From Lachnospiraceae bacterium (GTDB taxonomy: Bacteria; Bacillota; Clostridia; Lachnospirales; Lachnospiraceae), in assembly GCA_024694055.1 (NCBI GenBank), contig JAILKC010000071.1:3789-67788 (forward strand): a stretch of DNA of 64,000 bases. The letters are read 5' to 3'. Of this stretch, positions 51,514 to 61,287 are shown piece by piece (position 1 is the first letter of the stretch; each line of letters begins with the position of its first letter). Made by a program: the position numbers and the translations under genes. Under the pieces are notes generated by a model. It did not search any database, had not been told where the DNA came from, and saw only the letters and a program-made list of their open reading frames with translations.

Positions 51514-52500
51514 ATGCTAAACGGCAAGACCATACTTGTGACAGGCGGAACGGGATCATTCGGCAAGTGTTTTACAAAATATGTGCTCACACATTATGAT
51601 CCCAAGAAGATCATTATATATTCGAGGGATGAATACAAGCAGTTTGTTATGCAGAACGATATGAAAGAATATGCGGACAAACTGAGATTCTTCATCGGCG
51701 ATGTAAGAGACAGGGACAGGCTCTCAAGAGCTCTGGTGGGTGTGGACTATATTGTACATGCAGCGGCTCTTAAGCAGGTTCCTGCCTGTGAATATAATCC
51801 CAACGAGGCGATCAAGACCAATATTCACGGTGCGATGAACGTGATAGATGCAGCGCTGGATTCAGGTTCTGTGCGTAAGGTTGTGGCTCTTTCCACGGAT
51901 AAGGCGGTTAATCCTGTCAATCTCTACGGTGGCACCAAGCTTGTATCTGATAAGCTCTTCATAGCAGCCAATGCTTACAGCGGAGTGAGTGATATCAATT
52001 TTTCGATAGTAAGATACGGTAATGTGGCAGGCAGCAGAGGCAGTGTCATACCGTTTTTCAGAAACATCATTGAAAACGGTGGAGACAAACTCCCGATCAC
52101 CGATTACCGTATGACGAGATTCTGGATCAGTCTTGAGCAGGGAGTGGAACTGGTTATCAAGGCTCTTTCAGAGGCAAGAGGCGGAGAGACTTTTATCAGC
52201 AAGATCCCGTCATTTAAGATCACGGATCTGGCTCAGGCCATGCTTCCCGGATGTGAGATGCCCGAGGTGGGCATCAGAGAAGGCGAGAAGCTTCACGAGA
52301 TCATGGTGACGGTAGAAGATTCGCTTACGACATATGAATACGATAAGCATTTTATAGTATATCCGCAGATGACATGGAATGACAGACAGTTGCCTATCCC
52401 GGGAGGAAAACCTGTAAAGCAGGGCTTCTCATACAGTTCGGGTAATAATACTGAGTGGCTTAGCGTTGATCAGATCAAGGAACTGCTTAAGACCGTATAG
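51514..52500 (+). CDS. pseB: UDP-N-acetylglucosamine 4,6-dehydratase (inverting)
   Basis: TGGTGSFG, SRDE.KQ, HAAALKQVP..EYNP, LSTDKA.NP.NLYG.TK, RYGNV.GSRGSV, MTRFWI and GIR.GEKLHE motifs. Confidence 0.95.
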   Translation: MLNGKTILVTGGTGSFGKCFTKYVLTHYDPKKIIIYSRDEYKQFVMQNDMKEYADKLRFFIGDVRDRDRLSRALVGVDYIVHAAALKQVPACEYNPNEAIKTNIHGAMNVIDAALDSGSVRKVVALSTDKAVNPVNLYGGTKLVSDKLFIAANAYSGVSDINFSIVRYGNVAGSRGSVIPFFRNIIENGGDKLPITDYRMTRFWISLEQGVELVIKALSEARGGETFISKIPSFKITDLAQAMLPGCEMPEVGIREGEKLHEIMVTVEDSLTTYEYDKHFIVYPQMTWNDRQLPIPGGKPVKQGFSYSSGNNTEWLSVDQIKELLKTV

Positions 52501-52511
52501 TAAGGACAGAT

Positions 52512-53825
52512 ATGAATACAGACAATGCCGGAAAGAGAATGTATGATCTGACTGCGAAGATATTTCCATATTTCAGAAGTCTTACGGGTAAGGGAGTGAG
52601 AGATACTCTTAAGGATATAGAAGAATACATAAAGAAACCTGCCGAAGGATATGATCCTCCGGCTTTTAGTGTATATGAAGTACCTACGGGGACGCAGGTA
52701 TTTGATTGGACAGTTCCCAATGAATGGGTGATAAGACAGGCATATATTGAGGATGAAAAAGGCGATCATATCATAGATATTAAGGATCACAATCTTCATG
52801 TGCTCGGATATTCCACACCTGTTGATGAATGGGTAAGCCTTGATGAACTTAAGAAACACGTATATGTTGAGGACAAACAGCCGGATGTGATACCTTATGT
52901 CACATCATACTATAAGGAGAGATACGGATTCTGTATGTCAAAGAATCAGTTGGACTCACTTCCGGAAGGTCGATATCACATGTATATCGACAGCGAACTT
53001 ATTGAAGGCAGTCTGACTTATGCGGATGTGGTGATAAAGGGTGAGACAGACAGAGAGATTCTTTTTTCCACATACTTCTGTCATCCGTCAATGGCCAATA
53101 ATGAATGTTCGGGATTGGCTTTATCCGCTGAACTCATCAGATACGTTGCTTCGATGACAGACAGAAGATATACATACAGGTTCGTATTTGTTCCTGAAAC
53201 CATAGGCTCTATCACATACTTAAGTCAGGATGATCATGTGAAGTATCTTAAGGAACACTTGGACGCCGGTTTTGTCTTATCCTGTGTGGGAGACGATAAG
53301 GATTATTCCATTGTACGTTCCAAATACGGTGATACTCTGGCAGACCGTGCTCTGATACAGATACTTAAGCACACAGATCATTATACGGATTATCCCTTCA
53401 GAGAGAGGGGATCAGATGAAAGACAGTATAATTCAGCGGGCGTTGATCTGCCTGTTGTATGTTTCTGTAGGTCAAAGTTCGGAGAATTTCCTGAGTATCA
53501 TACATCTGCAGACGATATGACATTTGTGTCACAACAGGGATATCAGGGAAGTTTTGATGCGATTACGGCTCTTATACGTATGCTTGAACACAACAGATAT
53601 TACCGCATGAAGGTGGCATGTGAGCCGCAGCTTGGCAAGAGAGGACTGTATCCCGATATCAGCAGGAAAGGATCATATGATGTCATCATGACACAGAGGG
53701 ATGTGATATCGTATGCCGACGGAAGGAACGATCTTATCGATCTGTGTGAGATAATCGGAGCACATCCGGACGAGATAACGGACATTATAGATAAGCTTGC
53801 GGCGGCTGATCTTATTGAGGCGTAG
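52512..53825 (+). CDS. DUF4910/DUF2172 zinc-aminopeptidase-like protein
   Basis: RSLTG.GVR.TL, FDW.VP.EW, PYVTSYY, CHPSMANNE.SG, PETIGS, GSDERQY and YHTS.D motifs, with a C-terminal HTH (EPQLGKRGLY). Confidence 0.9.
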   Translation: MNTDNAGKRMYDLTAKIFPYFRSLTGKGVRDTLKDIEEYIKKPAEGYDPPAFSVYEVPTGTQVFDWTVPNEWVIRQAYIEDEKGDHIIDIKDHNLHVLGYSTPVDEWVSLDELKKHVYVEDKQPDVIPYVTSYYKERYGFCMSKNQLDSLPEGRYHMYIDSELIEGSLTYADVVIKGETDREILFSTYFCHPSMANNECSGLALSAELIRYVASMTDRRYTYRFVFVPETIGSITYLSQDDHVKYLKEHLDAGFVLSCVGDDKDYSIVRSKYGDTLADRALIQILKHTDHYTDYPFRERGSDERQYNSAGVDLPVVCFCRSKFGEFPEYHTSADDMTFVSQQGYQGSFDAITALIRMLEHNRYYRMKVACEPQLGKRGLYPDISRKGSYDVIMTQRDVISYADGRNDLIDLCEIIGAHPDEITDIIDKLAAADLIEA

Positions 53826-53830
53826 GATAA

Positions 53831-54658
53831 TTGGAACTTAAATATACCGATCTATATAGAGGAATGGACATACATGAAGGCGATGTTATAGATGTAGCCT
53901 CCGACCTGGCAGGAATCATGCTCTACTGTAAAAAGAAGGGCCTTGAGTTTAATGCGGATCATCTTATTGACAGTCTCAAAGAGACCGTAGGTGAGAACGG
54001 AACCGTTCTGATACGTACATTTAACTGGGATTTTTGCAAAGGGATAAGTTTTGATATTAAAAGAAGCGTAAGCCGTGTGGGTGCACTGGGCAATGTGGCA
54101 CTTAGAAGAGATGATTTTGTAAGGACGGCACATCCTATATATTCATGGATGGTCTGGGGAAAGCTTACAGACGAACTTATAAGATATGACAATAAGTCGG
54201 CATTCGGCAAGGATACTCCGTTTGATCTGCTCTATATGTATAATGCCAAGCAGCTAAGTCTCGGTAATATCGATGGGGACTCATGTACCCAATTGCATCA
54301 CAGCGAAGCCGTGTGCGAAGTTCCCTACAGATTTGATAAGTCATATACAGGCGAATATACAGACAGAGACGGTCATACCGATGTACGCACGTACAGTATG
54401 CATGTAAGACCATATAATTTAAAGGTTGCTGTTCATACATTTCATGAAGGTGATGATTACAGACTTGTGGAATCACTTGGAATAGCCAGGAAGATGATGT
54501 ATGACGATACACTCAGGTGCCTTGTTTTTGACCTGCATGGAATGCAGGACTTTATAGTGGATGATATTAAGAATAATAATGGTAAGAGGATGGTCTTTAT
54601 AGACGGTAAACCCGGAATCATGCATCCTGAGATCGATTATTCGAAGATGGAATTCTAA
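53831..54658 (+). CDS. AAC(3)/YokD family N-acyltransferase
   Basis: G..GT...TFN, FD...S...G.L, R..HP..S and T.LH..E....PYR..K motifs. TTG start after AGGA. Confidence 0.82.
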   Translation: MELKYTDLYRGMDIHEGDVIDVASDLAGIMLYCKKKGLEFNADHLIDSLKETVGENGTVLIRTFNWDFCKGISFDIKRSVSRVGALGNVALRRDDFVRTAHPIYSWMVWGKLTDELIRYDNKSAFGKDTPFDLLYMYNAKQLSLGNIDGDSCTQLHHSEAVCEVPYRFDKSYTGEYTDRDGHTDVRTYSMHVRPYNLKVAVHTFHEGDDYRLVESLGIARKMMYDDTLRCLVFDLHGMQDFIVDDIKNNNGKRMVFIDGKPGIMHPEIDYSKMEF

Positions 54659-54668
54659 GGAGAATCAT

Positions 54669-56219
54669 ATGTATATCAATGTCTTGGAAATGCTTGAAGA
54701 CAATGTCAGGGATAATCCTGACAGAGTGGCACTGCGGGACGAAAATGAAAGCATTACATACAAAGAATTATATGAAAGGGCAAGGAGTATAGCAGGTTAT
54801 ATCCTCGCTCATACAGGGGTGGAGTCAGGACTTGCGGCAACGACACATCTGCCTAAACCGGTGGCGGTATGCATAGATCGAGATATCAGAAGTATCATCT
54901 TATTTTTTGGTATCGTATACAGTGGCAACTTCTATGTTCCGATTGATGTGAACATGCCAAAAGAGAGGATAGATACGATATTTGCAGATCTTAAGCCGAT
55001 GATGATCCTAAGCTCTGCGGGCCAGACGATAGAAGGGCTTGATGTAACTGATTATGAGAAGGCAGTCTGTTCTGACGCAGATGAGGATGTATTGTCCGTT
55101 ATCAGAACCAATCACATAGACACCAATCCTTTATATGCCATATATACATCCGGATCAACGGGTAAGCCCAAAGGAGTGCTCATCAGTCACAGATCGGTGA
55201 TAGATCTTGTAGAACAGTTTGCGATCACTTTTCCTTTTCCGGATAATCTTAATTTTGGCAATCAGGCGCCGTTTGATTTTGACGTATCGGTTAAGGATAT
55301 ATATGATGCGCTTTATAATCACGGAACGGTGACAGTCATTCCCAAGGCACTTTTCTCCATGCCGCTCAAGCTTATAGAGTATATTAATGAAAATGATATC
55401 AATACGATGATCTGGGCTGTATCAGCCATGAGAATCGTAGAGAATTTCAAGACTTTTTCACAGATACAGACTGACAGACCGAAGCTTATAATGTTCTCCG
55501 GCGAGATCATGCCTGTGAAGGTACTCAATTACTGGAAGGAGAATGTTCCCGGCGCAGTGTATGTCAATCTCTACGGACCGACTGAGATCACGTGTAACTG
55601 CAGCTACTATATCATAGACAGGGAATATGCTGTGGATGAGGCTCTTCCTATAGGAGTGCCTTTCAGAAACACACAGATACTCTTACTTGATCCGGAAAGC
55701 GGTACTCCCATTACAGAGAGCGGAAAAGAAGGGGAGATATGCGTAAGAGGAAGCAGCCTTGCGCTTGGCTATTACGGAGCACCTGATAAGACTGCGGAGA
55801 GTTTTGCAGCCAGTCCGCTTACCGATAAGTATCCTGAGAGAATATATCATACCGGCGACCTTGGTTACTATGGAGATGACGGACTTTTAAGATTTACATC
55901 CAGAAAAGACTATCAGATCAAGCACATGGGACACAGGATAGAGCTTGGTGAGATAGAAGTGGCAGTTTGTGCCATAGATTATATTGATGCAGCCGTATGT
56001 GTATTCGATAAAGTAAGGGAGAAGATAGTCCTTTTCTATCAGACGGGTGAAGGCGCTGATGTATTTGCCACGGATAAGGAACTTGAGAGAGATATAGTTA
56101 AGAAAATATCCCTAAAGCTTCAGAAGTTCATGTGGCCTAATGTATACAAAAGGTACGACAGATTACCGCTTAATAAGAACGGTAAAATAGACAGAGTGTA
56201 TTTGGCATCGAAGTTATAG
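54669..56219 (+). CDS. Stand-alone amino-acid adenylation domain protein (DltA/NRPS A-domain-like)
   Basis: YTSGSTGKPKG, FDFDVS, NLYGPTE, Y.TGDLG, R.D.QIK..G.RIELGEIE and N.NGKIDR motifs. Confidence 0.93.
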   Translation: MYINVLEMLEDNVRDNPDRVALRDENESITYKELYERARSIAGYILAHTGVESGLAATTHLPKPVAVCIDRDIRSIILFFGIVYSGNFYVPIDVNMPKERIDTIFADLKPMMILSSAGQTIEGLDVTDYEKAVCSDADEDVLSVIRTNHIDTNPLYAIYTSGSTGKPKGVLISHRSVIDLVEQFAITFPFPDNLNFGNQAPFDFDVSVKDIYDALYNHGTVTVIPKALFSMPLKLIEYINENDINTMIWAVSAMRIVENFKTFSQIQTDRPKLIMFSGEIMPVKVLNYWKENVPGAVYVNLYGPTEITCNCSYYIIDREYAVDEALPIGVPFRNTQILLLDPESGTPITESGKEGEICVRGSSLALGYYGAPDKTAESFAASPLTDKYPERIYHTGDLGYYGDDGLLRFTSRKDYQIKHMGHRIELGEIEVAVCAIDYIDAAVCVFDKVREKIVLFYQTGEGADVFATDKELERDIVKKISLKLQKFMWPNVYKRYDRLPLNKNGKIDRVYLASKL

Positions 56220-56239
56220 AATTTGGAGGTTTTATAGTT

Positions 56240-56467
56240 ATGGAAGAATTGATTAAGATACTTGAAGAAGTCAGACCGGATCTTGATTTTGCAAGCGAGA
56301 CATCCCTTATAGACGGCGGGATACTTGATTCATTTGACATCATCACGATCGTTGGTGAGTTTAATGATGCGTTCGATATAGAGATCAACGTTGCAGATCT
56401 TTTGCCTGAGAACTTTAACTCGGCGGCTGCCATGTGGGAACTGGTGCAGAAGCTTAAGAATGCATAG
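56240..56467 (+). CDS. Acyl/aminoacyl carrier protein
   Basis: 75 aa acidic protein with the phosphopantetheine site GILDSF and PENF.S. RBS GGAGG. Confidence 0.92.
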   Translation: MEELIKILEEVRPDLDFASETSLIDGGILDSFDIITIVGEFNDAFDIEINVADLLPENFNSAAAMWELVQKLKNA

Positions 56468-56476
56468 AGGATACCG

Positions 56477-57721
56477 ATGAACAGGACCGATACGGAAGTT
56501 CTTTTAAAAAACGGAGCGATAAAGACTCCGTGTTATATTCTTAATAAGGATGATCTTAATGCCCATGTGGACAGGGTATGCAGTATCGTATCCGACATAG
56601 CAGGAGACAGAGTAGGCCTCTGTTATGCGATGAAAGCCAATGCGCTTATCACGGATATCATGTCTGAGAAGACAGGCCATATTGAAGTATGTTCGCCGGG
56701 GGAACTTAAGATATGTAAAGGCCTTGCCATACCGGGTGAGAAGATTATTTTTTCCGGTGTCAATAAGACCGAAGAGAATATACATGATGCGATCGAATAC
56801 GGCGTGGATATAGTCACTCTTGAATCGATCAGACAGTATAATATTGTAAAAGATTATGTGGCAGGGGCAGGCAGATCAGTTAAAGTACTTCCGAGACTGT
56901 CCGGTGGAGCGCAGTTTGGCATGTCCGAAGAGGAAGTCAGATTCGTTATAGACGACAGTATTCATACTGACGGTATTGACGCTATAGGTATTCACTATTT
57001 CACCGGTACGCAGAAAAAGAAGATCGACAAAGATATAGAGGAACTGGAGTATCTGACTGAATTTATAAAGGGATTAAAGGAGGAATACGGTTTTTCTCCG
57101 AAACTTTTGGAATATGGTGCAGGTCTTGCGGTTCCGTATTTTGAGGGCGATGATCATGAACATGTATATGACAGTCTGACGGAGCTTGTTACATACATTG
57201 CAGGGCTAGATATAGACTATAAAGTCGGAATAGAGCTTGGAAGATATTTCGCATACAGCTGTATGACATATCTTACGACAATAGATGATATGAAGAGATG
57301 TGCCGATACCAATATCCTTATAGTTGATGGCGGCATACATCATGTCAATTACTATGGCCAGAATATGGCCATGAGGGTTCCGCTCATGGATCTGATCCAT
57401 ACGGAGTCAGACGATAAGGGATCCGAAATGTCGATCGGAGCAGTGGATTATTCGGATGAGAACTGGAAGGTGTGCGGATCATTGTGCACATTTGCAGATA
57501 TTCTGGTGCGTAAGGTGACACTTGATGAGCCGAAGATAGGAGATGCGTTAGTATTCCATAATGCAGGTGCGTATTCGATGACCGAATCGCCCGCACTTTT
57601 CTTAAGCCGCCCGATGCCAGGGATATACAGTTACGGCAAAAATGATGGGCTTAAAGTTATTCGTGAGACCACAGAGACTTATGGTATCAATAATCCGCTG
57701 TCGGATGACAGAAACATCTGA
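56477..57721 (+). CDS. Fold-type III PLP-dependent decarboxylase (LysA/BtrK/VinO-like)
   Basis: YAMKAN (PLP Lys), EVCSPGE, H.F.GTQ, ELGRY, DGG, GSLCT..D and AGAYS motifs. Confidence 0.9.
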   Translation: MNRTDTEVLLKNGAIKTPCYILNKDDLNAHVDRVCSIVSDIAGDRVGLCYAMKANALITDIMSEKTGHIEVCSPGELKICKGLAIPGEKIIFSGVNKTEENIHDAIEYGVDIVTLESIRQYNIVKDYVAGAGRSVKVLPRLSGGAQFGMSEEEVRFVIDDSIHTDGIDAIGIHYFTGTQKKKIDKDIEELEYLTEFIKGLKEEYGFSPKLLEYGAGLAVPYFEGDDHEHVYDSLTELVTYIAGLDIDYKVGIELGRYFAYSCMTYLTTIDDMKRCADTNILIVDGGIHHVNYYGQNMAMRVPLMDLIHTESDDKGSEMSIGAVDYSDENWKVCGSLCTFADILVRKVTLDEPKIGDALVFHNAGAYSMTESPALFLSRPMPGIYSYGKNDGLKVIRETTETYGINNPLSDDRNI

Positions 57722-57735
57722 GGGAGCAGCATATA

Positions 57736-58845
57736 ATGTTCAGTCGTAGATTTAAGATAGGCGACAAATTCATAGGGGACGGATGCCCGGCATATATCGT
57801 TGCAGAGATATCTGGCAATCATAACGGAGATTATGACAGAGCCGTAGAGATCATTCATGCGGCAGCCAAAGCGGGAGCAGATGCTGTCAAGCTGCAGACA
57901 TATACGGCCGATACGCTTACGATAGACAGTGACAAACCGTATTTTCGTACTTCCGACAACAATATGTGGGCAGGAAGAACACTTTATGATCTGTATAAGG
58001 AGGCATATACACCGTGGGAATGGCAGCCTAAGCTTAAGGAAGAAGCAAAAAAGCTTGGCCTTGAATGTTTTTCGTCTCCTTTTGATCCTACGTCGGTGGA
58101 TTTTTTGGAAGATATGGGAGTATCGGCATACAAGATCGCAAGTTACGAGATCAACGATATTCCTCTTATACGCAAAGTAGCGTCAAAGCGTAAACCGGTC
58201 ATATTTGCGACCGGTATAGCATACAGATCGGATATAGAGAGAGCACTTAAAGTCTGTAAGGAAGAGGGTAACGATCAGATCATCCTTCTTAAATGTGTGA
58301 GCTCATACCCCACACCTTACAGTCAGGTCAATCTGCAGGTGATGAAGACTCTGGCAGAGGAGCACGGCTGTCTTGTAGGACTATCCGATCATACAATAGG
58401 AAGTGTAGTGCCCGTCGGAAGTATATTCATGGGCGGTAAGATGATAGAGAAACACTTAACCCTTGATCGTAAAGGCGGTGGAGTGGATGATGCTTTTTCG
58501 ATGGAACCGGATGAATTTACCGCTATGGTAAGGGATGTTCGCATAGCGGAAGAGGCTGCCGGATCTGAAGTTTATGAGCTTACGGACAAGCAGATCGAGG
58601 AAAGAGAAGGCAGTCGCTCGCTTTTCGCGGTAGCTGATATTAAGGCAGGTGAAGTGATCTCAACTGATAATGTGAGATCCGTAAGACCCGGTGTGGGCAT
58701 GCATACCATGTATTATGATCTGATACTGGGAAAAAAGGCGTCAACGGATGTGGAGCGTGGTACACCGATAGCACCTGAGATGATAGAAGGAATAAGCAGG
58801 GATGATGCACCTTATACGGGACAGGATAACTGTCCTATAGATTGA
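57736..58845 (+). CDS. pseI: Pseudaminic acid synthase
   Basis: AEISGNHNG, KLQTYTADT.T, TPWEW, KIASYE, LKC.S.YP, GLSDHT and IEKH motifs, plus a C-terminal SAF domain. Confidence 0.94.
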   Translation: MFSRRFKIGDKFIGDGCPAYIVAEISGNHNGDYDRAVEIIHAAAKAGADAVKLQTYTADTLTIDSDKPYFRTSDNNMWAGRTLYDLYKEAYTPWEWQPKLKEEAKKLGLECFSSPFDPTSVDFLEDMGVSAYKIASYEINDIPLIRKVASKRKPVIFATGIAYRSDIERALKVCKEEGNDQIILLKCVSSYPTPYSQVNLQVMKTLAEEHGCLVGLSDHTIGSVVPVGSIFMGGKMIEKHLTLDRKGGGVDDAFSMEPDEFTAMVRDVRIAEEAAGSEVYELTDKQIEEREGSRSLFAVADIKAGEVISTDNVRSVRPGVGMHTMYYDLILGKKASTDVERGTPIAPEMIEGISRDDAPYTGQDNCPID

Positions 58846-58873
58846 TCTTGCCGGTGCGTTTTTAGAATACATA

Positions 58874-60010
58874 TTGAGAATGATTGGAATTAGAGTAGAT
58901 GCCAACAGTATAATTGCCACAGGTCACATCATGCGTTGTATCACTATAGCAAGGGCGATAGTGAGAAATGGCGGGTCTGTGACCTTTTTTATAGCTGACG
59001 AAGAATCAGCTCTTCTGTTGCGCAAAAATGCAGGTGAATTATCTGACACGAATGTCGTTATCCTTAACTCCGTATGGGATGATATGGAGAGCGAACTGCC
59101 CGTACTCATAGAGCAGATACAGCTTCGAGGAATCGATATGCTCTTAGTGGATTCCTATAAGGTGACATATGATTACTTTAAGGCAATAAGCCGTGTGTGC
59201 AGGACGGCATACATAGATGACCTGCATGAAGGGATCTTTCCTGTAGATATCCTTATCAACTACAGCGGTTATCACGACATGTTTGATTATACGTCCGATT
59301 ATGCCAATATGCGCGGGCATGGTGAGACGACTACCAGACTTTTGCTTGGCCTTATGTATGCACCATTAAGAGAACAGTTTGCACTGGATGTCGGATCACA
59401 TGGAACGGATGTTGGCGGGCATGGCATAAAAGACATTCTTCTTGCATGCGGCGGAGGTGACACCTTGGGAATGATACTTCCGATGATGGAAGTGATCGCT
59501 GACAGGGGACTTGTCGGCAGTGTTGCAGATGACAGCAGTGTCAGTAAGGATGAGGTCGAAGCATGTAAATCCGGCCTTATATGGCATGTGGTAGTCGGGG
59601 ATTATGTAGAGAATAAGGAAGAGATAAGAGCATTTGCTTCATTACATAAAGGCTTTGTGATACATGAATCCGTACAGGATATGGCATCTCTTATGCGATC
59701 ATGTGATCTGGCAGTGGTGGCGGCAGGGACCATGCTGACGGAATGTGCGGCGATAAGGCTTCCGGCGGTATTCTATCAGGTGGCGGACAATCAGAAATAC
59801 GGTGTACAATACTGGAGCGGACCGGATCGGATGATATATGCAGGTGATGCCATTATAGATAAAAGCGGAGTCATCGCTTCAGTCATAAGGGAAGTGACAT
59901 CACTTATGAATGATCAGAACAGACTGGTCAACATACAGGATAAGCTGGGATCCATTACGGACGGTCACGGAGCCGAAAAGATCGCAGAGGCATTGCTTGA
60001 CAGAAACTGA
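58874..60010 (+). CDS. pseG: UDP-2,4-diacylamido-2,4,6-trideoxy-beta-L-altropyranose hydrolase (PseG/SpsG-like)
   Basis: RVDA...IATGHIMRC, VDSY, IDDL, GG.D, AAG....E, ADNQ and DG.GA motifs. No fused GNAT domain. Confidence 0.88.
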   Translation: MRMIGIRVDANSIIATGHIMRCITIARAIVRNGGSVTFFIADEESALLLRKNAGELSDTNVVILNSVWDDMESELPVLIEQIQLRGIDMLLVDSYKVTYDYFKAISRVCRTAYIDDLHEGIFPVDILINYSGYHDMFDYTSDYANMRGHGETTTRLLLGLMYAPLREQFALDVGSHGTDVGGHGIKDILLACGGGDTLGMILPMMEVIADRGLVGSVADDSSVSKDEVEACKSGLIWHVVVGDYVENKEEIRAFASLHKGFVIHESVQDMASLMRSCDLAVVAAGTMLTECAAIRLPAVFYQVADNQKYGVQYWSGPDRMIYAGDAIIDKSGVIASVIREVTSLMNDQNRLVNIQDKLGSITDGHGAEKIAEALLDRN

Positions 60011-60054
60011 CTGATTCTTAATATGACGCAGAAGATAGATGGAAGATAAGAAAT

Positions 60055-61236
60055 ATGAGATTAGCAATAATAGGTGCTTCGGACGAAGCCTTACATACAA
60101 TTGAATGTGCGAAGGGGCTTGGAATAGAGACAGTAGCTTTGGACGGTAATCCCAAAGCTGCAGGGCTTGAGGCGGCAGATATACCGATAGCGGTTGACAT
60201 AACTGATGAGAGTGCTGTCATAGATGTGATAGGAAAACTTGGAACGGACTGGATTCAGACTGTTCCCATAGGCAGATATCTCACAACTACCGGTGCCGTA
60301 AATGATGCGCTTGGTTTGCCCGGCATATCCAAGGATATGGCGATACTATGTACGGATAAGTATGCTTTCCATAAGACATTATCTGCAAAAGGACTTAGAA
60401 ACTGCTGCTGTGGACTGGTAAAAAACGGCGTTATAGGAGAGATGGACAGTCAGTCATTTACATATCCTGTCATAATAAAGCCAAGATACGGATCGGGCAG
60501 CAGGGGTATAATGATAGCACATGATGAGGACGAACTACCCGCATTCCTTGAAGATATAAAGAACGTGGACGAGGATTATATTGTGGAAGAATGCCTGGAT
60601 GGAGAAGAGTATGGTGTAGATGCCGTGGTGTCAGATGGCAGGCTTCATATCGTACTGATCCGTTATAAGTTAAATACTCCTCTTCCCAATAGGCAGGCAG
60701 TGGCTTATATCAGTGTGGATCCTAAGGAAAAAGTGCATGGACAGATCACGGATTATTTAAGCAGAGTAGTAGCCGCCATGGGCCTTAATGAATGCCTCAT
60801 GCATGCAGATATACTTGATACCCCTAAAGGGATATTTGCCATAGAGCTTTCCGCAAGACCTTCAGGGCACAATCTTCATAATCTTTTTACACCGCTTGCG
60901 ACCGGTGTGGATATAGCAAAAGAGTATATGAAGTACAGAATGGGTGAGGATCATTCATTTGACCCTAAATATACAAAACCTCTGATGATCCATTTTTTTG
61001 ATATGGAAGGAAGGGTGAAGACAGTTCCTGACAGAGAGGCTATAAAAAAAGCAATTGAGGCTTACGGAGCAAGCCTCACGGACTGGAACTGCAATATACA
61101 TCCAGGGGATGAACTTGAATCGGTAACTACCGGGCATTCGCTTATGTATCGCGGATATTATATTGTTGAATACGGTGACAGGACAGATATACCGAAGATC
61201 ACCAGTGCTGTGCGTGCTTCGTTTTCCATAGATTGA
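60055..61236 (+). CDS. ATP-grasp domain protein
   Basis: DK, YPVIIKPR.GSGSRG, EE.L.G.EYGVD, HAD and IE...RP.G motifs. Confidence 0.9.
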   Translation: MRLAIIGASDEALHTIECAKGLGIETVALDGNPKAAGLEAADIPIAVDITDESAVIDVIGKLGTDWIQTVPIGRYLTTTGAVNDALGLPGISKDMAILCTDKYAFHKTLSAKGLRNCCCGLVKNGVIGEMDSQSFTYPVIIKPRYGSGSRGIMIAHDEDELPAFLEDIKNVDEDYIVEECLDGEEYGVDAVVSDGRLHIVLIRYKLNTPLPNRQAVAYISVDPKEKVHGQITDYLSRVVAAMGLNECLMHADILDTPKGIFAIELSARPSGHNLHNLFTPLATGVDIAKEYMKYRMGEDHSFDPKYTKPLMIHFFDMEGRVKTVPDREAIKKAIEAYGASLTDWNCNIHPGDELESVTTGHSLMYRGYYIVEYGDRTDIPKITSAVRASFSID

Positions 61237-61287
61237 CAGTAAATTTACGGTTTAGTGACAAAGTGCAGACATGATTGCAGGTAGAGT

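Noticed and set aside
54669-56467. dltA/dltC teichoic-acid D-alanylation genes
   Set aside because: No adjacent dltB or dltD, pocket residues differ from DltA, and the genes are flanked by pse genes and a decarboxylase.
56477-57721. Housekeeping lysA
   Set aside because: It has HYFTGTQ and GSLCT..D instead of the LysA H.HIGSQ and G..CE..D motifs, and sits directly after a carrier protein. It fits an ACP-dependent decarboxylase better.
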